From Eledone cirrhosa (lineage: Eukaryota): a stretch of 64,000 nt of DNA. Position 1 is the stretch's first letter, and each line of letters opens with the position of its first letter. The stretch spans positions 305,164,001-305,228,000 of the forward strand of contig OZ024742.1 of the NCBI GenBank assembly GCA_964016885.1, in the 5' to 3' direction. Below the pieces are notes generated by a model. It worked only from the letters and a program-made list of their open reading frames with translations. It made no database searches and was not told the origin of the DNA. Of this stretch, positions 42,371 through 57,255 are shown one piece after another. The translations under genes were made by a program, and so were the position numbers.

Positions 42371-45121
42371 AAGACAATAAGAATGCAACAGACGAAGGAA
42401 GAAATGGTAGTAGAAAATAGTATATAAAATATGTGACACTGGCTTAAAGAATAAAGATATATTGCGAGGAAAATTTAAAAGAAAGACATTAGGCTTTCTA
42501 AAAATAACTGTTTCGGCCTGACCTTAATTTATGAGGTTTCGTACGACGAAATCTTAAGAACTTCCGCCCCAATCTTCATACTAACTAACAGTTAAAGTGG
42601 TCAGTGTGTCCTTAGAACATTTCCGTTCTATTCAATGAAATATAACTAAATCAAGTAATATGGTATTACTTAGAAACCCTCTAATATGTTTCTACTATAC
42701 TTCAGTCATATCTTATATAAGGTCCACCTAAAACCGAGAGAAAATTTACCCAATAACAAACTGCATTGGGACCCCATATTAGAGAGATTTCTTATAACTA
42801 TTTGAAGCCATTTCACTACCTCGCTCCACACACACACTTACAACCACACACACGCACATACATGCTCTCACATACACGCACATACGCACGCACACACAAA
42901 CATATACACTTAGAAACACACACACACTTACACAGTTATACTGTTCTTCAGAAAGTCATATTATTTCATTTATGTTTCCTAAAATAAATAGATATTATTG
43001 TATCTAATTAAAAGAAATATTATTAACAAGTACGGTTGAGCCCACAATAGATATATAAGGATTTTCTGATTCAGTTTCGTTATGAAGATTTGTATTTTAT
43101 CACTTAGGTAGAATGGAAGAGGAGTAACTATTATAGGGACACCGATACGGAGTAAGAAGGATGAAGGTATCCTTAAACCGCAAACCTCGAATACATGCAA
43201 CGGAACGGACTTCGCTAAAGTTGTCCACTATGCGGATGGGAAGGGCGGGTGTTAAACCAGACGATGGATTCATAAGTGACCCTATTTATGTAGAGTGCAG
43301 TCAGATTTTTACTCAGAATACAAAGAGCTGGAACAAATCCCGCAAAGCCTCTTTGTCAATGTTCTAACGATTCTGCTTGTTAACCGCACTAGACTAATAC
43401 TTTCTGTATCGGACCCTGAAACTAAGATTGATGCTAGTGAGGTTTGAATGGAAATGGTAAGACATTTCATCTGGGTCTCAAGCGCTTCTATCAATTTAAT
43501 TGAAAAATGTTTCAACGCCAATCCTTCAAATTGTACAATGTTTTGGGGGGAGTTTCAGACATATGTAATGAAACATTTGAGATGTTATTTTTTAAAAATC
43601 TGTTTGATTTTGAGGCGACAATAATAAAACCGCATTAATAACAGTGGCATCAGAAAAAGGGAACATATACCTGGTCGCCAATCCAATTAGAGATGGGCAG
43701 TGAATTTCCTTCCCGGCAGTAGGAAAGACACATTAGTCAATACAGTCTCAGGGATTATTAAAACGACAAGATTTCCATGGCCGGAACGTATTTGTTCGTC
43801 GTTGACTCTGAACTAATCCAAACCATCACCGACGTATGTATCGTAATAAAATATGAGAAACATATAAATGGTCAGTTAACATACCAGAAATAGCAGCCAG
43901 AAAACCTTCTTCGCTTTTTTTTATTCTCTAAAGTTATTCTGTATGTATGAATAAAATAGGCATAGCTACAATGCCTTTGATCGTGTTTATTTAATCATGG
44001 TTGACCTGGGGCTAAATAACAACAACTACGGTGATGACATCAGCTGCAACCAACAGTTTTATTAGTTACATTCTTAAAACGTCTCATATAATCAATATTC
44101 ATTTCTTTTTATCTTTTTGTTTTTGTAAAAACATCGATATACTAATCTATTTTACTTCCTGTTTTTATCTTCATGGTTCTTTCAAGAAAATTAAGGTCGT
44201 GTCTTTTTACAACCTCGATGTAATTCAAGGTGTTTGTTTTTTTTAGTTCAGATTTAGCCAGGGTTACCGATCTCACCAGTGTCTGAGAAAACCATTATTT
44301 ATATTTTTTTACGTGAGTAAAAATGAGTCCGTAGCTTAATAATACATTCTTGGATTATTTGAAGTGATATTTGGTACGGTTAATACAATTGATTTAGGGT
44401 GATGTTTTTTTTGTTTTTTGTTTGTTTAATAGACCTAAGTAAATGATGATGTATAATATCACTGACACAAAAGACTTTGAACAATACTGTATTAAGAGTA
44501 CAACGTTGTATATTGTTTTGTGTGCGAGGAGATAGAATCAATAGATATATTTTCAATGGGGTTAGATTTACATTATAAATATCGCAAAGATAGAGAAATA
44601 AAAATGGAAGAAATTTCTGTCAAACTGAATTTTAACAAGCTTTCATTTTGCGAGATCATTGCGTTTGTCACTGGCTTATATATAATAGAATCCTCAGTCA
44701 TCATTTTTTCCGATGACAAGAGGGATAATTTGAAATCAACACGCACAAAACGAACACTAATTTACCATCCTGTGATTTTATTTTGTTTATCGATTTTGGA
44801 AATATGAAAAGCAAAGTCTACCGCGGTGATTCTTAACTTCAGAGCCGGTGATGATTGCTCTGCTAGGACATTTAATACAATGTTTCTACAGCAGAGTGTT
44901 TACATCAAAACCAGAAAGATATAATGGCATTTGAAAATGGCAAGTGTTACGAAGAGCTCATAAAGGATGGTGTGTTTTATTTGCTAGTAGAGTGCCACAG
45001 GAAAAGTATATCTGACGCGTGTTGTTGCAAAAGAGATGGCACTTATAGAAAAAGGTATGCAAGATTGATTTAAGTGTGAACGTATAATGAGTTCAGTTCC
45101 CACAGTCAGCTTTACAAAGAA

Positions 45122-45302
45122 ATAATTGTTTCTACTTTAGGCACAAGACCAGCAATTACCCAGTACATTACTGGTACTTTATTTTATCGACCCCGTAAGG
45201 ATGAAAGGCAAAGTTAACCTCGGCGGGATTTGAATTCAGACTGTAAAGGGACGTAACTATGCTATAAAGCATGGCGTCCAACCCTCTACCGATACTGCCA
45301 AA
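45122..45302 (-). mobile_element. Nin-domain SINE
   Basis: Matches the SINE consensus. Confidence 0.9.
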
Positions 45303-45649
45303 TGTGCCATAAACATCACACAATTCTAGATTAGTACTTCACTCTCCCTCTCCAAAATTATGTTGATGTCAATTGACTGTAGAGCAGATAGTAGTGTCCC
45401 TCATTCCCCTAGTAACTCCTATCTCACCAGCTTCTTTGTCACAATAGTTAATATGCGATAAGATTGTACACTATTATGATATCATTACGGTTCTTATTTA
45501 TTCCCTAACGTATTTTTCTTGGAAATTGTCTATGTAAACCTATTTTACCACTGTATATTTAGAAATGAATATTTTCATAGATTAACATGGTTGCTTATCT
45601 TGGCTTTTATTGTCAGATATATGATTTTTTTCCCCACTCTAGGACTATC

Positions 45650-46291
45650 AAGCAACAAGCAACTTAAATATATAGACAGAAGTTCCTGCCAGCATCCTTA
45701 GTTTTTAAAAATCTAATCCCTAGTGTTAGTCGTAGGATTTCTACAGCAATATATAATATGGGGTTATTTGATATGGCAACACTGTACTATAATACAGCCC
45801 TCCTAGATAGCGGCTTCAAAGACGAGATTATATATAGACCAACACTCTCACAGACGACAGGCCTAAGAATAGGAGAAGTAAAATTATCTGGTTTCCCCTA
45901 CACACAAAACGTAAAGACTTATGTAGATAAGAATTTCTTAGACCTGATAAAAAAGAATCCCTTGACCTCTTAACATATATATATAGCAAAATATTCATCA
46001 GGCACTTTGTAAAGATGTGGAATTCCTGCGGCTCCTTCGTGGCTCGATAATAACTGCTAGAACCAAACACAAAAACGATCCAGGGTGTCCTTGCAGGATA
46101 AAGGATGGCAGAAGTCTGCAGCAGAACTGTAACCTTAATTTCATTGTATATAACGCCAAAGTTACCTATTATCACCAACCATGAAGTGAAAAATGTGAAG
46201 CAAGACAGATTTGAATAACAATCCTCGCACATTTCTCGTCCTTCATGCACCGTGATGAGGACCACCATGGCCCTTGCAAAACATGCCTGGC

Positions 46292-46293
<2 letters not shown>
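45650..46293 (+). mobile_element. Penelope-like element (Naiad-type) relic: RT thumb + linker + GIY-YIG N-terminus, frameshifted
   Basis: Across frames: LKYIDRSSC.HP, VFKNLIPSVSRRIS, YNTALLDSGF, RRSKIIWF.P, YTQNVKTYVDKNFLDLI, CPCRIK..SLQQNC...IVYNAKVT, SSFMH, TMALAKHAWQ. Confidence 0.82.
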
Positions 46294-46378
<85 letters not shown>

Positions 46379-46379
46379 A
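46293..46379. repeat. (GTA)n microsatellite
   Basis: Direct inspection. Confidence 0.97.
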
Positions 46380-47498
46380 GGTGGTGGTAAAATTGTTTCT
46401 CACATCATCAACATTAACAAATTATTATCAATGTTATTATTGATAAAAACAACAACTATAACAACAACAACAATAATATATTTATCACTAATAGTAATAA
46501 TTATTCTTGATGTTTGTTTCAAAGTTACTTTTGACGACAGCGTAGTAAAAATAGGTCAACAACGCAGCCACTAATAACAAGAACAATAACAACATCGCAG
46601 CCAGTAATAACACCAACAACAATAACAACAGCCACAGAACTATTAACATAAACAATTTCATCTCCAACAACAACTTCATCCATTAGTAACAACCACACCA
46701 CCATTACTAACAACAACACCTCCATTTCTAACAACAACACCTCCATTAAAATAACAACACAACTAAAACATCGCCATTAACATGAACAACAGCGCCATCA
46801 CTGTCATCGTCAGCAACTTCACTGTTACTATTAACAAGAAAATAAACTACATTACCATCACCGGTACCATCAATAGCACCACCATTGCCATCAACATTAC
46901 CACCATTACCATTAACAATAGCATCAACATTATCTGTAACAACGACGCTATTACCTTCGACAACATCACCAATAATATCAACAACCACCACTCTATTACC
47001 TCCGCCAACAACATCACCATTATCATCAACAACAACAACAACACCATTAACAACAACTACAACAACAGCAACATTGTTACCATCTACAACAACAGTACCA
47101 TTACAATCAGCAACACTAGCACCATCACCAAACACTAGCACCATCACCATCACCATTAACACAAACATCACTACAACATTAACTTCGAAATCATCAACAA
47201 CAACAAAAGCAAAGCCGAGGCCCAACAACAACAATAATAATCATAATTGTAAGAGAAAATTGAGAAATATTGACAAATGTTCCGAATGTTCTGCTCTTGA
47301 AAGCATGAAAGCATTGCAAATTATTACCGTAATTGCTTTTATTACACTGCTGTTTACACCTGAGTGACTGCCTTCCTTTATCAACTTGACGGAACGATAT
47401 CAAGAATACTTCACTGGTCACACAGACAGACAGATGGACAGGTTGAGTGATAACCCGAATATACACACTAATATATATGGATATGTTTATACATACAA

Positions 47499-47602
<104 letters not shown>

Positions 47603-47609
47603 ATATATA

Positions 47610-47654
<45 letters not shown>

Positions 47655-47669
47655 GTATATATGTGTGTA

Positions 47670-47732
<63 letters not shown>

Positions 47733-48060
47733 GCATACATACATATATATAAAAAGAGAGAGAGGGGAGTGAGATAGACACCAATTCACAGTGGCAGAGA
47801 GCAACACAAGAGACATGAAAGAATCTTTGGTTTAAATTTTACAGAGAGCGGAGGATTAAGTTGTTTGAACAAGAAGAATATGAAGATTTTTGTCACGAAG
47901 TAGAGGGGGCAACATACAGAGAGAGAAGCAGATGGTGTAGCTGGGAAAATAATACAGAGACTGAAAGTTATAAAAAAGATTACAAGTTAGATAATAATTC
48001 ATGATTACTTTTAAATTGATTCTACAAACCATATCTTATATAGGCACACACACACACGCT

Positions 48061-48099
<39 letters not shown>

Positions 48100-48135
48100 G
48101 AATATATACGTACACACATGCACACGCACATACAT

Positions 48136-48180
<45 letters not shown>

Positions 48181-48215
48181 CATATATTTATATTATATTA
48201 TATATATATATAAAT

Positions 48216-48403
48216 GGCGGTGAATTGGCAGTATCGGTAGAGGGTTGGACGCCATGCTTTCTAGCATAGTTACGTCCCTTTACAGTCTGAGTTCAAATCC
48301 TGCCGAGGTTAACTTTGCCTTTCATCCTTACGGGGTCGATAAAATAAAGTACCAGAAATGTACTGTGTAATTGCTGGCCTTGTGCCAAAAGTAGAAACAA
48401 TTA
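48216..48403 (+). mobile_element. Nin-domain SINE, full length, in (TA)n
   Basis: ggcggtgaattggcagtatcggtag (A box), gagttcaaatcc (B box), Nin core and tail. Confidence 0.93.
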
Positions 48404-49329
48404 TATATATATATATATAATTATATATTATATATGTATGTATATATTATATATGTGCACATATTTCTTCTTGGGTTATCCCTCCATCGAAGCTGAAAAA
48501 TTCATTTTCCTTTTTTTACTTATGACTAGAATATATGTGGTTCACCACACCTGCATATTCATAGATTTCTCCGCTAATTGGAGCAGTTGTGCCAACCCAT
48601 TGCTGAATTAATTGTCGATCAACTGCAATGCCACTGGTGTTCATGACACCGAGGGCATCTAATTAAACTAATATACGATACTGCTTACTATGAGACAAGC
48701 AGTATTTTTATCGAAATTTACTTCTGTAGATCCGACTTGTTCTACTAGACTATCCTATGATAGCCAGATCAGAGGCACCTCGTGTAAGATGTAGCTTTTC
48801 ACCACTTAGTTCGGTCTTCGAATTGACTAGGAGCTCAGGTTGTATGAACATATATTGTGTGACATTAGTTTGCTGAGTGGCAAGTGCAACTGACAGTGGA
48901 ACTTACGTGGATGCCACAAATGACCATCCTGTGCCAACCAGTGAAATGCACTACAGCTATTACAAATTCGTTATGGACATAGAGCATTTCATTTGCTAAA
49001 TACGTGTTTACACGTGAATATGACTCTCCAACACACCTAAGGAGACAACCATGCACACACATACACTCACACACGTACGCGTACACACATACATACACAC
49101 ACATACGCACACACCAATAACTCAACAAGACACAGCAAAAACATACATTCTGATTCCATTGACAGTTCTTCAACTCAGCCAGAATTTCTTCACCACTCCA
49201 ATGCTACAGTACATAGACAATGGAATATACAAATACCCGCACACATGCCCATACACACACAAACAATCCCTGAAAATACAAAATATATAAACTATTTATA
49301 CTAGAACTTATATGAATGGCCACTAACAG

Positions 49330-49376
49330 CCTGGTGCGTTATGGTCCACCTGGTACCTTACCACACCTTCTTTGTT
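49330..49376 (+). mobile_element. Family-A tail, distal part
   Basis: ctggtgcgttatggtccacctggtaccttaccacacc followed by (TA)n. Confidence 0.8.
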
Positions 49377-49396
49377 ATATATATATATATATATAT

Positions 49397-49809
49397 ATAG
49401 TGAAAGATTGAAGAATAACATGGTCGACTGTACAAAAAAAGGGTTTTATTTCTAGTATGAACAATTGTTTCATTGATCAGGTGAGTCTAAAGTATTCCGA
49501 TGATTTGATCAGAGGCAAACACTGTATTTAAGGTCGAGTGACGCAACTTCGAGTGATTAGCGGCCTTTAGAATCAACTGATCAATAAAACAATTGTTAAT
49601 ACTAGAAATAAAACCCTTTTTGTACAGCCGACCATGTTATTCTTTAATCTTTCACTATTATTACTCCAAGAATAACCTGCATGGGAATTCTTACGAACTT
49701 GCTACCTAACTATGAAAACCTCTTGTTGAGTCAAACAGCACCGTACGCTAAAACTATCCACAATACAGAGTACTCACAACTGGATTACCTAAAACGATAA
49801 CCTGTTATC

Positions 49810-49811
<2 letters not shown>
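49397..49811 (+). mobile_element. Fold-back element: arms 49397-49492 / 49565-49658, tail 49659-49811
   Basis: Inverted arms; tail ttactcc...gaaaacctcttgttgagt shared with family B; (TA)n on both sides. Confidence 0.9.
49492..49602 (+). ncRNA. Decayed type I hammerhead ribozyme with long loop 2
   Basis: GUAUU-CCGAUGA-U-UUGAUCAG...CUGAUCAA-U-(G>A)AA-ACAAUUGU-U|AAUAC. The inverted arm preserves GAAA. Confidence 0.72.
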
Positions 49812-49860
<49 letters not shown>

Positions 49861-49865
<5 letters not shown>

Positions 49866-49974
49866 GTTTCTACTTTTAGTACAAGGCCAGCAATTACCCA
49901 GTGCGTTTCTGGTACTTTATTTTATCGACCTCGTAAGGATGAAAGGCAAAGTTAACCTCAGTGGGATTTGAACT
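49861..49974 (-). mobile_element. Nin-domain SINE, 5'-truncated
   Basis: Core and B box. Confidence 0.85.
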
Positions 49975-50895
49975 ATATTTGAACTATATTTTATTACATA
50001 TATATATAAATATATATATATATTATTGCTCAGTTACTGTACTAACTGGATGTCCATTTAACAAATATTGATAAGGAGAGGTTATTTGGGGGGATTTTTG
50101 TACAATGTATAAATTTACTTGAATATGATAACGTTGAAACCTTACTTTGGGTGAATCGCGTACGACTTTTATCAGGCAGCTAACAATGAATCTGAAAATT
50201 AGCGCATCATGCCTGTATGTATTCTCACAAATACATATATTCTATACAATTCACCATAAGATTTATAGACGCCCAATGCAAGATTATTATGGCGGCTATG
50301 CTGAATTAAAAAAAAAATTAACTGCACTCTGATTTCAATAGACAGACAAATGGTAAATCGTGACATTTGTGGGTTATAGAAGCAATACACTCAGCAATAG
50401 TTTTTGACGTCGGCTGGTCATGTAGTGTTTGAAGTCAGACAGCAACAAGCAGAAACAAAGGCCGCTGTACATTCAGACTAGCAAAGTGAAGAGAAATTCA
50501 CAAACCTAAACTAAATCATAAAAATGATAAACGAAAGCAACTCATAAAATTGTAGTTAGACAGTTTTGTCAGAGAAAATATGAATAATGAACAAAATCTG
50601 TATAATCCAAAATATTTGATAGTTTATATAATGTTTTCAATAAAGGTTTGAAAGATATATTAATTCTCAATTCACTCACGTACACAGATTTTGATATAAT
50701 ATTATATAATATTTAAACGTGACTACTATAACGAAAGTTACTTCTGAAACAAAAAGCAAAGGAAATCCTTACATTTTCTCTGTGTAAAAGTCTGCATCAA
50801 ATTGAATAAATATCTATCTACATTGTTTCTAACTTACAAATCGGTACTATTTAGTTGATTTGTGATTTACTATGTTCCTAATATATTCCGACAAC

Positions 50896-50985
<90 letters not shown>

Positions 50986-51490
50986 GTGTGTGTGTGTGTG
51001 TGTGCGTGTGTGTGCGTGTGTGCGTGTGTGTGTATGTGTGTGTGTGTTTTTTCTATATATCTTTATATCTATATGCCAAACTCAATATCTTCAATTCGGT
51101 TTGGTGCCTGACTTTACCTATGCTAATACTTCTTGGGTAATAACCACAGGAAATGATCATGAGTACAAGCATCCATAATAAGGTTCCTCTGATGGGTTTT
51201 TGAAGTAATGTTACTCAATGTTACTCAATGTTAACTCGGAAATCAAGGAGTACCTACAGGTAGGGCGATAACTTCTACGAATTGAAGATCACCTTTTCGG
51301 TTCTACGATCATGTGGTTAAAATATTTAAGGAAGAAATCGTTGGACAAACTTTACTGGTAAAGCCAGAGGAGGCTCAGAGATGGAGCACAAGAACCATAG
51401 CTGAATAAAATTCCTGCTTCTGATAGGAGACTTTGAAAACCGTGTCTGAAAATTCTGCCTCCAAAACCCTCCCAGAAATAAGTGGACATA

Positions 51491-51558
51491 GAAGAAGAAG
51501 AAGAAGAAGAAGAAGAAGAAGAAGAAGAAGAAGAAGAAGAAGAAGAAGAAGAAGAAGA
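51491..51558. repeat. (GAA)n microsatellite
   Basis: Direct inspection. Confidence 0.97.
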
Positions 51559-52715
51559 GATTCAATTAAGTTTGCATGTATATATAAATACATACAATAT
51601 ACATACACATAAATACTCCCATACATATGTATGTCCGCACGAAAGTATACGCATGTATGTATGCCTATATGCATGTATGTATAATTATTTCCGAGTGATA
51701 CACACCTGTCTTTCCTGTACTACACAAAACTTCACTGTTACAAAGACATGAGGTAGCAAGTAAAGTTACACACATAGTTGTGTGTAAACACAAGTGCAAA
51801 CACACGTGTACATATATAGATACCTAAACACACATATAAACACATACATACATACTTACTTACATACATACTTACAAATATACATATGCCATACATATTT
51901 GCAGGCATACATACATGCTTATATACATGCATATAGATACATATATATACAAATTAATAAATGCAGTCACTCATGCATACATACATACAAATATACATAC
52001 ACACACATACATATATACTTACATCCATACATTCAGACAAACATATATACATCATACATACTTACATACATACATACTTACATACATACATACTAACATA
52101 CTTAAATACATACATACAAAGATACATACATATATACACACATACTTACATACATACATAAATATAAATATACAAATAAATACATACATACACACATGTA
52201 TACATACATACATGCATATATACATGCATACATAAATACATACATACATTTATAAATGAAAATAAACACAGGCATTTACACTTAAACACACACATATATA
52301 GACGCGGAAACAGCTTTCTGAAACACAGATTGAATTTTAATGATAAATGATGAATGGTTATGTTCCACAACTTGGCAATTTGCCTCAATATTTACTCATA
52401 GAACCACAAACACATAGAGATATATAGGCAGAGACACATACACATGGAGAGATTACCATATACATACAGATGATTCTACATTACACACATTATATTTAAC
52501 TAAAGTCTATGAAGTTATCTGCTATCATGAGGCTTTCCACAATCATACAATCAATTTCCCAGAACTACGCTATAAACAGATTTTTTTGTAAGTTATACAT
52601 AATTATGTATACACATGTTCCTATATGCATGTATTCATATGTATGTACATGTATATATACTCATATATATATATATGCACATATATATATATATATATGT
52701 GTGTGTGTAAATATA

Positions 52716-52808
<93 letters not shown>

Positions 52809-52809
<1 letters not shown>

Positions 52810-53228
52810 AACAAAGGGGATAGTCAATTTGTTGGTAATTCAACAAATATAAATGTCTATAGCTGATTCAGAGCACTTGACAGATTTTCTGGAGTATCAA
52901 TGATATTAAATAAATGGAAACTTTATTTATAAAACCATATTTATTCTATTATATATATTTCAAGGGTACCAAAACTTTGGTACTCTCTCATCAGATAGAA
53001 TACAAAGTTTGTTTTATAAATTTTGACATAACTAAAAAAAGATACCTTAACGGTAATAAAAACTTGAACCGTTAAGGTATCTTTTCTTGGTTATGTCAAA
53101 ATTTATAAAACAAACTTTGTATTCTATCTGATGAGAGAGTACCAAAGTTTTGGTACCCTTGAAATATATATAATAGAATAAATATGGTTTTATAAATATA
53201 GTTTCCATCCATTTATTTAATATCATTG
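52809..53228 (-). mobile_element. Family-B-related fold-back element: tail 52809-52897, arms 52898-53054 / 53068-53228
   Basis: Inverted arms; minus-strand tail atactccagaaaa...gtcaagtgc matches the 22.57-kb tail. Confidence 0.9.
53120..53180 (+). ncRNA. Type I hammerhead ribozyme (mirror copy 52942-53002, minus strand)
   Basis: UAUUCUAU-CUGAUGA-GAGAGUACCAAA/UUUGGUACCCUU-GAA-AUAUAUAU-A|AUAGAAUA; intact core and 8-bp stem I. Confidence 0.9.
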
Positions 53229-53249
53229 TATATATATATATATATATAA

Positions 53250-54425
53250 TCCAACAAACCCTCACAATGAACCCTACAGTAACAAAATGCGGAAGACCCA
53301 ACTGTGGCATATGCATATATCTAATAGAAGGTTCAACATTCCATTTTAAACAAGGACAGCGTTTCACAGTTAAACACAACTTTACATGTGCATCTGAAAA
53401 CCTAATCTATGTTTTGACCTGCTCAGATTGTCAAGAGCACTACATAGGACAGACAAAAAACAGCCTCCGTCAACGTATGACAGTCCACAAATCACAAATT
53501 AAAATACAGGAATACAGAAAGATTGCATTTAGGAACATATCGTCAATTGTGCTCACAACCAACATACAAACTTTAAAATTTTCCCCATTTACAAAATCAT
53601 AGACAACGCTACTTTCATCCAACGCATGAATAAGGAAACATATTTCATTAACAAATTCCAACCTCTACTTAATGCTCTAAAAATCGGACCAATCTAAAAC
53701 TGCAACAAACAATCAAACATTTACAAAAGTTACCTCCCTCACACCCTACCTAATCCTTTTTCTTAAATAAATTAAATATCATCCAGCAAGAATTGCTTCC
53801 CCCTGCATATTAACTCTCTAAAAAGGGAAATCATATCAAACCTCAGTCCACCATTTGCCTCCATCGTGGAATCATGGATCAACTAAGTACTCTTGCTATA
53901 TTAACACATTTTGATCTGCTTAACTTCAAGAACTATGCCTGTAAATAACATTATTTTTTCTTCCACGTTGACTTTTTATGCTCTACATTATGTCCGTTTT
54001 CTTTTTCTTTTTTCTTCTTTTCTTTTTTTCTTTTTTTTTCTTTTTTTTTCTTTTTTTCTTTTTTTCTTTTTTTCTTTTTTTTCTTTTTTTCTTTTTTTCT
54101 TTTTTTCTTTTTTCTTTTTTTTCTTTTTTCTTTTTTCTTTTTTCTTTTTTCTTTTTTCTTTTTTCTTTTTTTCTTTTTTCTTTTCACTTCATAAACCTTA
54201 TTTCTAAATAACATTATTCTTTCTACACCTTCTCTTTAACATGTGTGATACCACACTAATACATTTCACTATCATTTGATAATGCATAAAAATGCTGAAA
54301 CCGGTAATAGACAATTATTAAATATATAAATAGATAAATAAATGCCATTGTTAAATAATAAATAAATCAACTAATACCTTAACACTTCACACAAAGTAAA
54401 ACATTTCGTTTTAATCATTTTCTAA
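53250..54425 (+). mobile_element. Penelope-like element (Neptune-type) 3' fragment: Cys-rich linker + GIY-YIG endonuclease (to stop at 53697, one frameshift ~53530) + 3' region
   Basis: CGRPNCGIC...FTCASENLIYVLTCSDCQEHYIGQT..SLRQRMTVH, then EHIVNC...RMNKETYFINKFQPLLN. Decayed HHR-like ttgataa-tgcat/atgct-GAAACCGGT-A|atag at 54269-54310. Confidence 0.88.
53997..54185. repeat. (T5-8C)n polypyrimidine tract
   Basis: Direct inspection. Confidence 0.95.
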
Positions 54426-54506
54426 CCCAGAAAAAAGAGAGAGAGAAACAAAAAGGGAAGAAAATATATTTTTCTTCCTAATAATCGTCTCTTTCGCCCT
54501 GTTTTA

Positions 54507-54631
<125 letters not shown>

Positions 54632-55339
54632 AATAAGTATCTTTTTGCATATATATATATGAGCATCTATATACGGATATATATATTTAGCTGTGTGTTG
54701 GTGTTCGTTTGTATGTATATGTGTTTGTGCATGCGTGGCTATGTGGAAATACTCGATTTTGGTATCCGAGCTTGTGGTAGTGATACACCGAGAGTTCTCG
54801 TTGGGTCAACATCCAGATGGAGCACTTAAATGTAAAACCGGCGACTCGATAGCAGCCAATAATTTTCACCTGTTCTTCATTTTTGGACACCTATCATCGT
54901 TATTCGGAGAGTCGGTCTTCACTTAAAATAAATCCTCAAGCATATGCCTCACTTGATCTAAACGACTTTCACATGTGTTGCATGAACATAGCCTTTTCGT
55001 TTGTCTTTCGATGCAGTATATCGAGAAAGCAACCTAAATACGTCGAAGGACGAAAACGTCATGTTTGTGCCACCCATGTAAGAGGAAAATGTCATGGGAT
55101 AGCAACTCTCCAAACTAAGATGCTGGCGTATATATGTATGAATGGATGTACACCAAAATATGTATATAAATATATATATATATATATATAAAGATATATG
55201 TGTGGGTGTGTGTGCGCGCGCGTGTATGTGTGCGCGCGTGCGTGTGTGTGTAGGTATGCATGTATTTATAAATCCTTCGAATGAAACAGCTCTAGTCCTG
55301 TAGAAGCCGCTTGTATATATATATATATATATATATAAA

Positions 55340-55431
55340 GAGCCCTGACCTCTTTTCCTATTACCTACTCTACTACTCTAAGTATTGATGCATTATGGTC
55401 CACCTGGTATCTTACAACACCCACTTTGTTA
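55340..55431 (+). mobile_element. Family-A tail (diverged) in (TA)n
   Basis: ttttcctattacctactctactactctaagtattga...tatggtccacctgg. Confidence 0.82.
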
Positions 55432-55876
55432 TATATGTATATATATATATATGTGTGTGTGCGTGTGTGTGTATGAATATGTATGTATATGTGGGAGATA
55501 TGGGGTAACTTTCACCATAGCGGCCGATGGCAACTTCTTTCACGTCTTTTCATGAAAAGACTTTATGGGATTAACACTGAAGTAACCATCTGAATATGTT
55601 ATCAGGTCTCTCTCCGTCACTGAAGCATGATTGCTACCATTATAGTATGCTTATCATGGTAAAGATGGTTCTGAAGATAAACTAAGATGTTACAGTGATA
55701 TAGAAGTCATATTCACGTATCACTTGCAATAAGTTGTTTCTGTCAATTCCGCTATGGAACATAATCGTTATAGATTAAACCTAATGATCCGGGACAGTAT
55801 AAATAATCTGTGCACAATAGTCGTGGTAATGGTGGTAGCCTGTGTATTGGTAGCATTATTAGTAGTGGCAGAAGAA

Positions 55877-56231
55877 CGGTGGATTGGCAGTATTGGTAGA
55901 GGGTCAGACACCATGCTTCCCAGCATAGAGTTACGCCGCTTTACGATCTGAGTTAAAATCCCGCCGAGGTTAACTTTGCCTTTCATCCTTACGGGGTCGA
56001 TAAAATAAAGTACCAGTAATGCACTGTGTAATTGCTGGCCTTGTGCCTAAAGTAAAAATCATTATTAGTTGTAGCAGTAGTGCGGTGGATTGACAGTATC
56101 GGTAGAGCGTCGGACACCATGCTTTGCAGCTTAGAGTTACGGCCCTCTACGTTCCGAGTTCAAATCCCGCCGAGGTTAGCTTTGCCTGTCACCCTTACGG
56201 GGTCGATAAATAAAGCACCAGTAATGCACTG
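55877..56231 (+). mobile_element. Two tandem Nin-domain SINEs (55877-56064, 56082-56231)
   Basis: SINE consensus twice. Confidence 0.9.
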
Positions 56232-57154
56232 GCGTCGATGTGTTTGTAGGGGTGTACATTCACACGCAAGTACAGGCTTGTATACGAATATACACGTATG
56301 TAAAGAAAGAGACAGAAAATGAGAGAGGGGAAAAAGAGAGACAGGGTGTAAGAGAGAGAGGGGGAGAGAGAGAGAAAGAAAGAGAGAGGGGAGAGAGAAA
56401 TGTTGCGTATGTATAAGTGTGTGTGTGCACTCTTCTCTGTTAGTGTTTATGTGATTGTACAACAACACATACGTTAAAGAAATAGTGTCTTGAGCTAATT
56501 GATTGATTGAGTGGTTGTGTTGGTGGTGGTAGTGATGGTGGTGGTGGTGGTGGTGGTGGTGATGGTTGTGTATGTGATGGTGATGGTAGTGGTGGTGGTG
56601 ATAGTGGTGGTGATAGTGGTGATGGTAGTGGTGCTGGAGGTGGTAGTGGTGGTGATAGTGGTGATGGTGGTGATAGTGGTGATGGTGGTGTTGGTGGTGG
56701 TAGTGGTGGTTTTGTTTCTGGCTGCGGATTCAGACGCTAGGAACAGAGTCTCCAAGGAGCTGTCAGAAAACAGAAGACACTGCACCAACAACTGAATGGA
56801 GATAGACTGAGAGGTGGGATGAAGGGGATGGGGAGAAAGAGGGGGGTAGACGATGTGTTGAGGAAGGGGAAGTATAATGTGAAAACACCATGACGATTGT
56901 GATTATGGTTGTGAAGGAGTTGGTGGTTTTTCTAATGGTGATGGTACTGGTGTTGGATGTTGGTGTTGGTGTTAGTGGTGGTGATAATGGTGATGGTGGG
57001 GGTGATGGTGGTGATGGTGGTGTTGATGGTGCTGTTGATGGGGGTCGTTGGGGGTGGGGTTATGGTGGTGGTGGTGGTGGTTGTGTTGATGGTGGTGTTT
57101 CTAATGATGATGGTATTGGTGTTGGATGTTGAGACTGACCATTATCATCATGTT

Positions 57155-57255
57155 GAAGAAGAAGAAGAAGAAGAAGAAGAAGAAGAAGAAGAAGAAGAAG
57201 AAGAAGAAGAAGAAGAAGAAGAAGAAGAAGAAGAAGAAGAAGAAGAAGAAGAAGA
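57155..57255. repeat. (GAA)n microsatellite
   Basis: Direct inspection. Confidence 0.97.

Noticed and set aside
47240-47365. Possible EGF-like exon (CKQQCNKSNYGNNLQC, minus strand)
   Set aside because: Weak splice acceptor, incomplete Cys spacing and no partner exons.
48216-48310. tRNA genes suggested by A/B boxes
   Set aside because: These are SINE heads: no cloverleaf, and they run into the Nin core.
54860-55020. Minus-strand C2H2/RTE-like remnant (CNTC..KSF)
   Set aside because: Requires two frameshifts within a few codons; not supportable.
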